Below are positions 43,643 to 62,556 of a DNA stretch of 64,000 bases, piece by piece. Below the pieces are notes generated by a model that was given only the letters and a program-made list of their open reading frames with translations, did no database searches and had not been told where the DNA came from. This DNA is from the human T2T-CHM13v2.0 reference genome, Homo sapiens: NCBI RefSeq assembly GCF_009914755.1, contig NC_060927.1. One strand, given 5' to 3'. Numbering within the stretch: position 1 is the first letter of the stretch; every line of letters begins with the position of its first letter. Made by a program: the position numbers and the translations under genes.

Positions 43643-44207
43643 GCCACACCTGGATCTGGCTTGACCAGTAGCCGGGGCCGTTTCTGTTCCTTCTGGCTCA
43701 CCCCTGTTCGTAGGCCCAGTGTCCCCTAGACCAAACCCCCACTGCTTGCTCTAAAGCTCTTGTGACCCAGTTTGAGCGCCTTGACTAACCATCGTCTTGG
43801 TGGTTTGAATGGTGAGAAGATGGCCCTGGAACTTGGCACTCCTTCCTTCCTCTTTCTTGAGCTGCTCAGTGGTACCAGAAAAGGACCTTGTTTCTAACCC
43901 TCCATGGGGAGTGACATTTCTGAAGGCCTCCTCTTCTCCCCTCCTCTTCATCTCTACCCCTTCCTGCTTCTCCAGTTCACACCTCATTCCCCTATGGCAC
44001 AGCTCCCCATCTGAATTTCTCCTTTCCACAAACCTAGCTGATATCTTATATTGCCTGAAAGAAAAGATAGCCCAGGCTTTAAAGGAAAAGCAAACCAAGC
44101 ACAGAGGCATCAGCCAGCACCAATCCTGCAACTCCAGGGCATGCTAAGGGACCAAGACCCACGGGTCCAAACTCCTAGACTGATGCGCTTTTAATAGGCC
44201 TCCAGTT

Positions 44208-44507
44208 ATTTTATTTTATTTTTTTGAGACAGAGTCTTTCTCTGTCACCCAGGCTAGAGTGCAGTGGTATGATCTTCACTCACTGCAGCCTCTGCCTCTG
44301 GGGTTCAAGTGATTCTCCTGCGTCAGCCTCCAAGTAGCTGGGATTAGAGGCGTACACCACCACGCCCAGCTATGTTTTTAAATTTTTAGTAGAGGCGAGG
44401 TTTCGCTATGTTGGCCAGGCTGGTCTCGAACTCCTGACCCCAAGCGACCCGCCGGCCTTGGCCTCCTAAAGTACTAGGATTACAGGCGTGAGCCACTGCA
44501 CCCAGCC
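44208..44507 (-). mobile_element. Alu
   Basis: TSD TAGGCCTCCAGTT. Confidence 0.95.
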
Positions 44508-46319
44508 TAGGCCTCCAGTTTTTCTGGCATATAAATAAATTGTTCCCTTTGGGATGGCAGAAACTGGCATTTGGATTTCCCCTTACTTTCCCCCTTATTT
44601 GTACTCCCACATTTCATACATGGTAGCTGCTTGATGAGAACTATTTCTGACATTGTTCAGCAACCCCCCCCCCACCCCCTACTCCCCAGACCAAGTGTGA
44701 ATGAATATGTACTAGATGCATGACGCTGGAGGTAAAGAGGCCGGGGGTCTGTCTTCCTGGGGAGAATGCTGCCGGTGGGTGGGGTGCAGCCCCCAGGGGA
44801 ACTTCGTCTTCTTTTGCTCCCACCCTTGGTATCTGGTGTGGTGAGACCCCATCCTAGAAGAGTGGATCTAGTTTGTGGGTGGAGAAGCTCTTGCCATTGT
44901 ATCATGGATATGAATCATTTGTGTCCTTCCTGGTTGGCTGAATTCTTCAAGGACAGGCATATGTCTTAGGCAGCTCTGATTTACCTCACTTAACATGGGG
45001 TCTGGCACCTAGTAGGTACTCAGGAAATGCAAAGGAAGGAGTAAAGGAGTGATTCCACTCCAGGAGAGAACAGGTCTAATCAAGTTCAAGGTCATTGTCC
45101 AGAAGTAGGAACCAAGGTTTCAAGGATATATGTTTGGTGAGGAGGGAAGATTGGAAATCATTCAATTCCTCAACTCTCCATGAGGTATATTTAATTCCCA
45201 AGAATTTCCTTGGAATGTCCCTGACCTTCTAGGGAGGGGTGGTTCTGGTTTGGAGAAGGATGGTTTATTTGGAATCGGCTTTGAACGGAATTGGAGTCTT
45301 ATCCCTGCTCATCCCAGCCCCAAATTAACTGCCCAAACCTCCCTAAATTGTGCCAAATGAAGACTCAAACAATGTGATGGTGTGGCAGAAAGCCAGGGAG
45401 ACACGGGTCCAGGCCTGGAGAGCCCTGGACTTCCTCAGTGTGTGAGTCAATCAAGTCACTTCCCCTCTCCAGCCCCAGGATCATCCCAGGTAAAGTGGGT
45501 GCCCTTGATTAGACAATAACAAGACTTTCACTATTGTGACGTAAAGAAGCCAAGGTTAAGGTCAAGAGTGTTTCTCCCTTCCCCCTTTCCCTAGTAGGAC
45601 AAAACAGAAGAAGCCTCTGACTATGGGCTAGAAACTATCTCGGGCTCTGAGGACAGGGCTCGTCTTCAGGACCTACGTTCCTGGACCTTCACCAACGTCT
45701 GGTTTGGAAGTGACATTCCCTTGGCGAAGCCAGGAACCAGCTGGTAGATATCCCTTTCATTACCTCAAAACTTAGAGGCCATGGTGGGTCCTGAAACGGC
45801 AACTGGCACTGAATCCAAGGGCCAAGTTAGGGTTCAGAGAAGTGCAATCGCTTGCCTAAGATTACTCAGCAAGCTGGGACCAGAACTCAAGGCCCCTGAC
45901 TCCAAGTCCTACACTCTTTCCCATGAATCCTTTAAGGTGGGGATAAGTTAGTATGGAGGCAACCCAGGGTACTGTCCAAGGAAACTTGGCAGAGCCTAAA
46001 CATCTGGTCAAAGGCCGTGAGGGCATCTGGCAGCAGGGAGTTTGGGGCTCCTGGCAAGGGAGACCAAGACCCACTTGAGGAAGTCTGGGAAGAAGAGTGA
46101 GTTGATGGCCTGGGGAATGCTTCCCTGTCTGTCTTGCAGCAGGCTCCTCCTGCTCCAGGACTCACCCCCATCCTGGATTCTTTCTCTAAAAGGGTTGGGT
46201 CTTGGCTGATGACTGGGGAGTCTCCCTACCCTCTGCTCCAGGATTAGCCAATCATGGCTCACCAGTTCATTTCAAAATCTTGAGAGCCAGACACAACCTC
46301 ATCACCCCTTGGTTCCAAT

Positions 46320-46440
46320 CCTTTCATTTTACAGATAGGGAAACTGAGGCCCAGAGAGGGGAAAGGACTTGTGCGTGTGCCACAGGAAGCTTACAGCAGA
46401 GCCAGGATTAGAACCCAGGTTTTGTTTTCCCCAGTCTCTT
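46320..46440 (-). mobile_element. MIR
   Basis: CATTTTACAGATAGGGAAACTGAGGCCCAGAGAGG. Confidence 0.75.
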
Positions 46441-49400
46441 TCTAAGATGCCACACTGCCCTCTTTCAGACACTCTCAGCAACAATGTAGGGAGCCCCACT
46501 GCCCTGGGGACACCAGCCAGTTGTAAGTGTGTGAAGCTTAGGGCTCTCCCCCTTCTCACGCTGCTAAAGTCTCCACTTTTGCCACCTCAAGCTATTGTTC
46601 CTCAGTCTACAGTGAATATCCCAAACACTCGCCTAAATGACTTTTCCATGGACCTGACAGTTTAATAGGGGACTCCCGAATATTAAAAGTCTTTGAGATC
46701 TAAAAGGCCAAATATTAAGGCTATTTTTAGGCACCATGATGGGAGGAGGCCAGCGTGGGCAGTAACAAATATTTCAGTGCAGGGAGTACTTTTAATCACT
46801 TTATGGATGTTCTCCTAACACCATAAGCCATGTTCCTAAAGGTTCCAATCTTGCAGCTGAACTCCTGCCCAGAGAAAGAGAAAATGAAGTTGCCAAGGTC
46901 ACATGAGTTCAAGGAGGGAGGGTGGGTCGGGACGCTGGGTCCTGCATCAGCACTCTCTCAGTTCTGTGTTCCAGTTCAGGGCTCGCCAATGATTCCCAGG
47001 TACCATTTACAGATCTACAAAACCATCAGCAGTTCCTTACCCACAGCTTCTCTCTGTCTTCCCGCAAGGCTTCCCCTGTAGGGAAACCTACCTTCATCTT
47101 TGTACGTCGACCTGCCCCCGGTGGCTGTGATTCCCAGGGGAAACCTTTGCTGGTGCTCACCACCTGATTTCCAGTGGAGGAGCTCATCTCTTCAAAAGAG
47201 CAGCATGTGATTCAGTGCTACTGTTTGTGTCTGCACCAAACCACGCTGCTTATCTGAAAGAGATCCACAGACACACCCAGGTGTATGAGGCCTTCCCTCT
47301 CTTGCGTCTGCAGCAGTGGTTGCAGATGAAAGAAACTTACAGAGTCCATGGCTGGTCGGATCTTTCTGGAGGTGTCCACACTGATGAGATCAAAACAGGT
47401 TCCAGTCATAAGCGACAAATCTGCCACTCCATTCCTCTGCCCCAGGTCTTGGCACGTGTCCAACGTTACCTGACAAAAGTGGAATTGGGGGCTGGATGGG
47501 GTAGGGTGGTGAGGCTGTAAGGTATAGCTAAGGAGAAAGGCACCTAAGACCCAGTTCTAGCGCTGGTTTTCCCATATATTAGCCCTTTGACCTTGGGCAG
47601 GCTTCCTTTTGGCACCAATTCTTGATGTGAAATAGAGCTGGTAATACCTAATCAAACTCTCTCTTTCAGGTTGTGTTTAGGCTCAAAATCTAAATGTTGG
47701 ACCAGTAAGGGCCTCGTAAAGTGCAGTACGGGAAAGGAGTGGTTGCTGCTGGAGTACTCACACGGAAAGAATACAGTCTGGCTGGGTGAGCTTCGGTGAG
47801 GCTCGCCCACGGAGCCAGTGTGCCAATGGGTAGGAAGGTTTTCAGAAACATATCTCACGGCCCAAGGTGGGAAAACCCGAAAAAATGAAGGAATTTATTA
47901 AGAGTAGGAAGCAGTAGGTGGGTATTTGAATGGCATACTTCATGTGGAAACATTACGGGCTAAGTTTCCATCCAAAATGCTTGATATCCACATGGGCTAC
48001 ATGGCCATCTCCAGCCCAATCTCTTCCCTCAGCTGTGGCAGGAGAGCACGGCGGCTGCCCTATGCTCTCTGGCTGCATTTTTATTTGTTCCATATAATGG
48101 GATTCATTTAGTCAGCATTTGATTATCAGCCCAGATCAGTATTACTGATGTGATTAGTGTTCTATACTCAAGCACACACACACGCACAACCGCCCAAAAC
48201 TTTCCACAAATATTTGCAATTGTGATTTCATTTACCTCTCAAATAGATGTCCCTGAAGTGGACACACATCCTCTTAAAGTAATTCTTTAGACTGATTATT
48301 TTCTAGAAAAGCGGAGGTTCTGAGATTTTTCTTGGAAACATATGCAGGGAGAGTATACACAAGAACACGTGGGATCCTCTTATCCTGCTAGAACGGTGGT
48401 GTGTGTGTGTATACATGTGTGTGTTCCTGTGGGTAATCCTGGGACTGTGCTCTAGGGTGGATATGAGCTGTATTGTCAACTCAACCTGTTGTGCTTGGCA
48501 TTGGTGTGAAATGATCAGTGAAAACTCATAGCGCAATGAGAGAGCGGTGCGATCCTCCCAGGTTTCCGCCAAAAAACCCTTCAGATCACAGCATCCTTTC
48601 CTTTCCATTGTGCTCTGAGTTTTCTTCTTTGTTTGCTTTTAATATTAAATGTTCTTAAACTAATTGAAACCACTGATTCCCTTTGAGAATGCTCTGTATT
48701 GCTGGAGACCATGGTCCAAAGACGCCTACTGCTATGATGACTGTGGATAATTACAGTAGAGCTGCCTTTCACCCTCAGGGTATCCCAGTTTGATGAAAAA
48801 TGATAAGTGATATAGCCAACCCCCTGTAACCTAGGCAAATTTGTCAACCTATGCATGTCTTCATTCATTCATTTCTGTTCTCTCCTTCACTGAAGGGACA
48901 TTCACAAGGTATCTCCTGTGTGCCAAGCACTGTGCTGGTTGTGGAGGGAGGTGGGAGAGTGTGGGGAAGGGGTGAGATTGGGGGATAAAGTGGGGGGCTG
49001 GAGGATGAACCCAGGGAGATGAGATGCAGTCCTTGCTCTTATGGAGCTTGTAATCCAGCAGAAAAGGACAAAGCGGGTAAGACCAATCCAACATAAAGAG
49101 AGGCATGGTCAGTTTATGTGTAAAGTATTGAGGGAATATAGTGCAGGGGCAGCCAACCCACCCACGGGAGGGAGGGGTGATCACAAAGGGTTTCACAGAG
49201 GAGATGCTCTTCCTCTTTAACCATCAAAGTGGGTCTCCTCAAAGGCTCCGCCTGGAGTCACAAACCTGCCTGACTTAGGTTCTAGAGGAAGCATCATTCT
49301 CCAGAACTTTTTTTTTGGTGGTGGGGAGGTGTTTTTGGAAATCTCCTACCTGCAGCCTCTCTCCAGCCCTGTAGTTTTAAAGGCCACTTCAGAAAAACAC

Positions 49401-49659
49401 TCAAGTTTTTTCCTCATTGGTCCATTTCTTGACCTGCACACTTGGCCACCAGAAAAAAATAGAGTATGGTGAGTATAATTAAATAGGGTAGAGATTACCA
49501 GCTGCTTTAATAAATCTCATACTCTTACTGGCTTGACATAATAAAAGATTAGTCCTCACTTATGCAATAGTCAGTATGAATACTCTTGGTTGCCAGGCAT
49601 TCATTCAGAGACCCAGGCTCCTTCTACATTGTGGCTCCACCATCTCCTAGGGCAAGAGC

Positions 49660-49820
49660 CATGGGCCAAATTGAGCCTGCCAGCTGTTTGTAAATGAAGT
49701 TTTACTAGAACACAATCACACTCATTTACTTACGTATTTATGGCTGCTTTTGAACTCTGACAGCAGTTGCAACAAATACTGTGTAGCTCACAAGCCTAAA
49801 ATATTTACATCTGGCCCAAA
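49660..49820. mobile_element. MER58A-like hAT MITE nested in an old MLT1-like LTR (~49480-50095)
   Basis: GGGCCAAAT...GTTTTACTAGAACACA...AAGCCTAAAATATTTACATCTGGCCC. Confidence 0.65.
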
Positions 49821-50149
49821 AACTTGTTTATCTCTATTCTAAGGTCTTGGAATTTCTGCATCTGGCCCAAGAATGTCCTCCAGTGGATAGAGAATGTGTA
49901 TGATCATTTAGAACATTTTAATGGGCCAGGTCCAGAAGGGATACACACAACTTCTGCCCATGTTCCATTGGCCAGAACTCAGTTCGTGGCTATATGTCAC
50001 TACAAGGGAAGCTGGGAAATGTAGTCTAGCTGTGTGCCCAGAAGAAAAGAGAAATGGAGAAATGGGCTTGGAGAAGAGGTGTGCAGACTCTGCAACAGGT
50101 GGAGGGGCAGGCCTACTCATCCAAGTCTGCATGTACACTGGAGATTCAA

Positions 50150-50619
<470 letters not shown>

Positions 50620-51274
50620 TAGGGGCTGCTTTAAATATAGGTCAGAACCCAGAGCCCAAGTAACTTCTCAGAAACAGACGCTGAAAATCACATTAGCTCG
50701 GGACTAGAAGGAACATTTGAGCTGGACTGTCTTTCCTTGGGAGGAGGGGCAGTCCCTGGATTCTTACGACCCTTAGGAGCAGGTCTCTCTTTCTCCTGGG
50801 ACAGCCCAGCCCCTGGAAGGACAGCTCTGATTCTTGGAAAGGTCTTCTGAGATTTGTCTTCCTGTGACCTGTTGCACGGGTCCTCCCTCTGCACTGTGAG
50901 CTGCAGAGAGTGGGTCGCCTCATTTTTTCCCAGTGTGCCGGGCAGATCAGAAACCTGGCCACGACAGGCCTTCCACTCTACTTCCTTGTCAGACACAGCC
51001 ACCCTAGGGAAGCTGCCTGTGCTCTTCTTTCCTGGAGGCCTCAGCTGCCTTTCGCCAGGGAGCCCAGACACCTGCTTTCCAGATGAGAGGGGGACCTAGA
51101 TAGAGGTGTGAGTGCTCACTGCACGCTCTAGGAAGCCTCTAAGTGAGTCCACCCCCTGCCATGGCCCCCCTGAGATGCCTGACAGAGAAGCCACCGTCCG
51201 CTGTTAGAAACACTTCTATGAACTAGCTAATGCTTCACGCTGGCCTGGAGGGTGGGCAGGGTAGGTGGACCTTT

Positions 51275-53035
<1,761 letters not shown>

Positions 53036-54196
53036 TAAGGGGTGAAATGGAGTGGAAAAGAAAGCGACCACTAAGTGTTTAGAACCTGCCATATGCAAAC
53101 AAAGTGCTGGGCCAAAGCTGCGAGTTTCCCGTGGCGGTAGAGTAAGTAACAGGCAGAACTGGGGCTGGAGTCCTGGTCTCCTGATTCCAAGTGTTGTAGA
53201 ATGGCACAAGGCAGAGGGGATTATGGGTAAGCGGTCCCGGGGAGGGCGGGTAGACCGGAGACGAACAGCGAGAGGCAGCGGAGGTGGAGAGGGAGGTTGG
53301 CAGTCGGCAAGTATGAGGCAGTGGGTGGGGTTGGGGCCACAGCTCCCATTATGTGGCTGTCATCAAAGTGCCCAAAGAAATAAAGGTTTGCAATTACAGG
53401 GAGACTTGGGTTTGGGAATCTCCCAGCAGCAGGGCCCAGATGTTAATTAAGCCTAAGATAGGTCATTATCCCTCTCCATTGGATTGAACAGAGGGAAACT
53501 GATGCAGACGGCAGGTTAAAGGCTTGCCCATATGGCTGTTAGGTGTTATTATTTCTGGTTTTTAAGAGGCACCCAACATGGGGCTTTGGGGCTCAGCCAA
53601 GGGGAAGGAGGTCACACCTAAGTGCTAGTCACTGAGGAGGTTCCCCACTCCTCCCTCACAACTAAAGAAGGGCACTCGGCGTTTGCCCCGTGGCTGTTCT
53701 GGGGCCGTCTGACTTGTGTTTGCACACTGAGGCCACTGCAGAGCTGGAGAGCAGAGTGCGGGGTGCAGAGGAACTTTGCGGGGTGTTCTGACCTCAGCCT
53801 CTCAGTGCAGACAGGGAGAGGAGGCAGTAAAACCTTGAATGACCAGTGTGGCATGGAGTGGCATGGACACCCACCAATCTGAGTGGACACTGGGGACAAC
53901 ACTGGCCAGTAGGTCCTGGGGCCTCTGCTTAGCCAGCTGTTAACTCTTTGACTGTGGATCTTGGACAGGTGTGTGTAGGGGGCGCTGCCAGAGGAGACCC
54001 TTGGTAGCTGGGGACACAAGAAGGAGTACTGTGGTGAGGCTTGGGTGGGTGGTTGTTTAATAGATATAGAAGTAATTCAATGTTTTACCAATTAGTGTGT
54101 CTATAGTAGCAGATTTTCTATCAATCATTAGAAAAGGACTTTTTTAATGTACAAATTAATTTACAAATATCAAGGACTTTACAGTAATAATAATAA

Positions 54197-54510
<314 letters not shown>

Positions 54511-56745
54511 TGTATTATTGTTAATAATACTATTTAATCCCTTCACAGAAGCACCGGGGGCTTTGTTTTCATGCCTATTTTCCAGCAGTCTCCCTTTTAG
54601 ATATAAAGAGGATATTCCTGACCTGTGGTCAGTGGACAGGAAGCCTAGGCTAACTCTTGCATTTGGGAAGGTGAAAAGAAGTAAGTTGTTCTTTCTTGCT
54701 CATTATCTCAGTCATCAGGGTTTTGATGTTATTGTAACACAGATGGTAACCTGTGGATAGGCCATCTGTTTCTGTTCACCTGTATAGATCAAGTCATTGT
54801 ACACTGATGAAAAAGCGAGTTGCTCAGGATGTAACTTGTGATTCTAAACATCAAATAGAATGACAAATAGAAACTGCACTTCTTATATCACCTGCAAAAG
54901 TGCCTCTGCCGATTGGTCTATCTCTATGTCACTGCTTACCTTTGACGCGAAGTTACAGGGGATGCCATTCCTTGGCTGGCAGCTTGGAGAAGGTCGGCAA
55001 TCATTTTCAGGCAAAGCCCATGGCATGAGTTGGACTCCTCATGCTGCCTGTGGCTTCAGTCACTCCAGGCATACCAATTCTCCAGGACGCTATAAAGATT
55101 TCCTAATTAGACTTTTATTGTGCTTGGAGACATGAGGATGAAGGCTGCTGGGCAGAGTGTGGCCATGATCTTAAAGATCAAAGTCAGATCTGGCGGCTTA
55201 CTTCTGGATCTTGACCTTATTTTTGTAGAACTGAATAATAATAATAATAATAGCAAAGGTGGAAAGAAGAGGCTTTGAAGTATTATAGTGGCCTAGTTAT
55301 GCTCTACCTGGGAAATGCAAACAGCTGTGAGTAACTTTAATTCTCTGCAGCATATCTGCTGAAAGGCTGACTGAACATTCAGGACAAGCCTTAGAATAAA
55401 CAGGCTTGCCTGGATTTAAATGTCCAATCCTTTGTGTCGATCTTGGGGAATTAAACATAATCATGTAAACTATTGATTCAGGCCGGGCCTGCCATGCTTG
55501 TCCACAGCTTCCCCCGCAGATGTCTGGTTTCTGAGTTTGCTCAGCCATGGGAAGGGTCCCTGTTTAGGAGGACCTGCCTTTAATGTATTCTTGCTTTTCT
55601 CCTAAATGAGCATTCACCATGATGCCTACAATCACGTTAAAATCTACTTAAATCACCCAGGAATGTTTATAAAATACTTATAACACAATAATTGAACTTC
55701 ACAAATAATAACCCATATTTCATAGTAACAGCTTACAATGACATTTTTATGTCCATGATCTCATTTGACCTTAAACAGCCCTTTGAGGTGGGTAGATGTT
55801 ATAACCTCCATTTCATAGATGAGGAAATGAAGGCACAGAGAGGGGGGATTGGCTTAGAGTCAAAGTGTCAAAGATACAGGTGATCATCTGGTTACAAACT
55901 GTCTTTTTCAGATGGAAAACCCAGCTAGAAGAAAGAGGCTTGCCCAGTTCTCCTAATGATTGGAGCAGAGCTGACACGCCAAGGGCGTTTTCTTGCGGTT
56001 ATTTTAAGGAAGCCACCTGAAATCTAAGACACTGTCCATGTGATCAGTGGCTTCAGTTCGAATGTTCCTCGGGGTCAGATCCTGGCCCGGAGCCTTTAAC
56101 ATGTGACCACAGGGTTGTGTTGAGCCCACAATTATCCAATTTAAAGCAACGTAAAAGACGTAGAACCAAACTACTGAGGGTGGCACATTCAGTCCTGGGA
56201 GAGGGACAGAGAAAACAGGTGGGGCATTCACGGTGGTCCCTGGAGCTTCAGCCACTCCAGAGGGTTCTGGAAGGCTCCATTGCCCACTCTCCTCTTTCCA
56301 CACCCCCACCTCCACAACCTGTACTCCTCTCTGCCAGGAGCCTTGTCCTAGGCTTCAGGGTGGGAGAAGTCTCCGGTCCTGCCCCATTCCCACGGCCTCA
56401 CCCCACTGACCTCCTCACTACCTTTCCCCTCTCCAAATCCGAAAAGGCTCTCCCATTGCCAGGACACTGAAGAATGGGAGACCCGCCATACAGTCCTGTC
56501 CTCAAGGAGCCTGTGGCTCAGGGAGAGGAGAGAAGGTCAGAGCTGCGCAGAGCTGGCGGTGCTTCCCCATGGTGAGTGAGCTCTCAGCAAAACGCCAGTG
56601 GAATGTGGAGATGGGCAGTGGTGGGAGTGGGGAGGAATGCTTAGCAGGGAAGAGGATAATGCCCATGAGCCCAGAGGGAGGAGTGGGATTTGTGACTGCG
56701 GAAGGCATTTAGGCTACAGGAATCACATGAGTCCCCTGGGGTCAA

Positions 56746-56933
56746 GTGCGCGCGCACGTGTGTGTGTGTGTGTGTGTGTGTTTGTGTGTGTGTGTTTGTG
56801 TGTGTGGTGTGTGTGTTTGTGTGTGTGTGTGTGCGCGCGCACGTGTGTGTGTTTGTGTGTGGTGTGTGTGTGTGTGTCTGTGTGTGTGTTTGTGTGTGTG
56901 TGCGTGCGCATGTGTGTGTGTTTGTGTGTGTGT

Positions 56934-56971
<38 letters not shown>
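56746..56971. repeat. compound (TG)n/(CG)n microsatellite
   Basis: ~225 bp of near-continuous purine-pyrimidine alternation. Confidence 0.95.
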
Positions 56972-56973
<2 letters not shown>

Positions 56974-58046
56974 GATGAGATATAGGCAAGGGTCTGTCAT
57001 TAAGAGCTTGTATATCCAACAACTTTGACCTTCCCGTTGAAAACCGTGGGTTTGAAGGATTTTGAGGACAGAGGGCCTGGTGCCCTGAGGCGATGGTATA
57101 GGAACTTCCTGCTGTGTGGTGTGGAGGAAGGATGGGGGTGAGGAGGATCTGAAGGCAGACAGAAGGTGAAAGAGGCTCTTGCAATAGTCCAGGTGGGATG
57201 AAGGCCTGGGCTGAGGGAGAGATGCTGGGAATGCAGAAAGGGCAGGTTCCAGGGATATTTCAAAGTAATCACGAGGACAGTGAGAAAGAAGGAGTCAGAA
57301 ACACAGGGCTGTGCCGGAGCAGCTGGTATTGGCTTGGGAGACTGATCGTGCATATCTTTTTCCAATTCTGCTTTCAGGGATGCAATGCTGGTAGCTTTAA
57401 ACCAGCTACGGTAGAAGTATTAACACCACAGAAGTCAAGAGAGGCCTTTTCTCTGCAGAGAGCTGATTGTTAAACATTGACCAGCACACGTCTGCTGACA
57501 CACCTGCGGCTTCTCCTGCTGTGGGTGGTCCTGAGGGCAGTGTTAGCTGGAGCTGCCTGAGGAAGCTTCAGAGGCAGGTGAGATGGGCTTTGGGCAAGGG
57601 ATAGTTGTGGTAGCTGTGGGGTAAGGGAAGGCATTTCTGGTGAACCTAACGGTGTGAGCAGAGGCCCCCCTACTTTGGGGGTATCTTGGCACAGAGCAGG
57701 GAACTTAAGTGATACTCAGTGACGATCGTGGTCTATTGTTACCTAAATTAGGTCTTTACGTGTTGGTAGATTGGATGCACAAATGAAATGTTCCTTAAAT
57801 CCTGACAGGTACATGGTGCCGGTTTGCCAAGAACCAGCCTATGTGTGCCAGGAGTTCAGCTTTACAGAGAGTGTTCCCTGAACCCAGCTGCCATGGTTCA
57901 TTATTCACTTTAAGGGTGACTCAGAAATCAGCTTAGATTATTATTTAGCGGGAGAGGAAACTGAATCGCAGAGAGTGCTTCCGAGACTTTCTTAAGACCA
58001 CAGCCAGTTAAACCTTCATCAGGATTAGGACTTTGGAGTGAGAACT

Positions 58047-59071
<1,025 letters not shown>

Positions 59072-59394
59072 GAACCCAACACAGGCAGTAAGTTAAAATC
59101 ATGAAGCTCCTGACGTCAGAGGACATGGCTCTGCCATTTGTTAGGTAGGGATCCTGTTAAAGGCTCAGCTTCCTCATCTGGAAATGGAAATATAGGCCTT
59201 GCCTGGTTTGCTGTAATGGGTCGTGATGAGGACCAAACTACAAAGAGTGGTACAGATGTTAATTACAATGATTTTTCCTATGCCACCCATGGAAACAAAA
59301 ATAGCAAGATAGAGAAGGCTAAATCCCAGTTTTTTTTGACTGCTATTCAGCAAAGCCTAGGAGACTTTCATGACACCTGGAGAGGCGGCCGTAG

Positions 59395-59640
59395 TGTATG
59401 TGTAAGAGTACCGGTTCCAGAGTGGGGCTCCCCGAGCTCAGCCCCACCACTTACCAACAGCGGACCTTGGGCCAGATGCTGAAGCCCTTTGTGCCTTGGT
59501 TTCCTGACCTATTACTGTGGAAATGATGACAGTACCCTCCTCATAGCATCGTGAGAATTAAATTAGCTAATTCAGGTGAAGCATTTAGAAGAGGACCTCC
59601 TGACACTTAATAACTGCTTGATATAAATAATAGCTTCTGC
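59395..59640 (+). mobile_element. MIR
   Basis: ACCTTGGGCCAG...GTGCCTTGGTTTCCT...GTGAGAATTAAAT. Confidence 0.65.
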
Positions 59641-60311
59641 TACAGAGTGGCCATGAAGTCTGGACATGTAGATATTATATTATCATGCATCATAAGGTAA
59701 TACCAACAAACCATTTATTATATATTCACCTGTTTCCAGATTTAATAGCCAACCTATATTAGTGCTCTGGTCCTAAATGTCCATGCAGTTTACTGTGCTC
59801 TTTGGTTGTATCTCTAATCCAGGTAGTTGATCTGGTGTGAGATTCCAACCTCGTGTGAGAGAGGAGAAGACCTTCATTACACTAATTCATGCTGGCCCAG
59901 CCTCCAGGCCACCCCAGATGTGAGGTGCTGTTAACACTGCTCTCAGGTGCATTGCTCAGCCCAGTGGGACCTTTTATGACACCAGCACACAGAGTAGAAC
60001 AGATGTCCCTGTGCTAAGTTGATTTTGCAAACTGCAGTGGCCAGCCCCATAATGGCATAAAGATGTGCTTTACCCCAAAGGGGACAGGGTATTAGAAAAC
60101 AGTTGAAAAGGCTTCTGAACAACATGTGAGGGTGCCCGGGAGAGGAATGCTCCAGATAGGGAAGGTCTGGGGCTGCAGAGATGTAGCCCATGTTAATAAG
60201 ACACGTAACTCTGAGCACGTAAAACTCTTGAGCCTAGAAACTGGTAGCACTGATGGCGTTTAAATTACGTTATGAAACAACTCTTTGAAAATAATTTAAC
60301 AGTTTCTATAA

Positions 60312-60682
<371 letters not shown>

Positions 60683-61294
60683 GCTATCTTATTTTCAAGA
60701 ATTTGACTCACGTCTTTCTGAAGAACATCTATCACTTAGAATGGCTTTCCCAAAATATGTTTTTAGAACACTAATCCCATGGAATGTTACGGGCATGGCA
60801 TTAAAAAAGGTTTCAGTGATCAAATGAACTTGGGAAACACTGGGTCAAATATTCTTGAAGATGTTTCTTTTTAAAAGAAATTGTCAGAGCCTTTCATATG
60901 CTAATATGTCTCATGAATCTCTATGAGTGATAAAATCTATAGTTTCCCCTACATTTATTTAACCACAAACCCTGTTTTTGGAAGAATATATTTCAGAATA
61001 AGTATTCAGTGGAATCTAGATATAGGAAAGTGTAGACCCAATAATTGGAAACCTATTGTTTAGTCCGCCCAGTCCGCCTGGCACATCCACTTTTTCCGAT
61101 AGCACCGTCTCTTCTTCCAAGAACTGCTCCCAGCTCATTCCTGTGGTCTCCAAGGGAACTGGTGTTTTCTTCTGTGTGCCATCCCTTGGCCAAAGTGACC
61201 CACCTCCCAGCCACTAAGTCCCTTCCCTGGAAATTTTGAATTTGGGACCAATAATTCTTTTTCTGGTGGTTGAGGCTGCGAGACACAAAACCTA

Positions 61295-61570
<276 letters not shown>

Positions 61571-62293
61571 TTAGGCCACTGGGACAGTAGAAGATGTATT
61601 ATCTAAATTGCCTTAGTTTGAAAGCAACAACGACAGAAAAATAACACTCTGGCTGATTTAAGCAAAACAAAAAGAAATTTGCCGGAAGGATACTGGGGCC
61701 AAAGGGCTGTCTCCTGTTGGGCAGGTTGTGCACTGCACAATTCAGGTGGTGGGAGAAGTGCTCACTTTTTCATCTATGTAGAATTGCACCTCCTAAAGTT
61801 GCACCGTACACTGCCTATAACACCATATGCAGTAGTCCTGCAGGAGTGTCTCACAGAAGTGTTTCTCAAACTCTCTGTGCTGAAGGACCAAGTTTTTAGT
61901 GTTAATGTTATTATTCAAATCCATTGTAGATCAAGACTTTGGTAAATCAAATACGAATTACTTGAAAGACAAAATTTCACTTGATATCCCAGCAATTGTT
62001 CTAAAAGTGACTAAGCACTCAGTTTCTGAACTGACCTCACTATGAACTAGTAACTCATCATTTGGGAAAGGGAACTGGTCCACAGACCACATTTGGAGAA
62101 GCACTCACAGATTGTCCAAACTCCACAAAGGTGCGGAGGGAATTAGGTGCCCAGAACAACTAGAACGAGGCCATGAAATACATCTGGATTCTCCATTTTC
62201 CATATGTTTTTCTGTCTGCCTCTTGTACTCTTAAACCTCATGGCAGAATGGCTTTCTCTGGGCTGTAGAAAACACGACCAACAGCTCTTTAGG

Positions 62294-62556
<263 letters not shown>

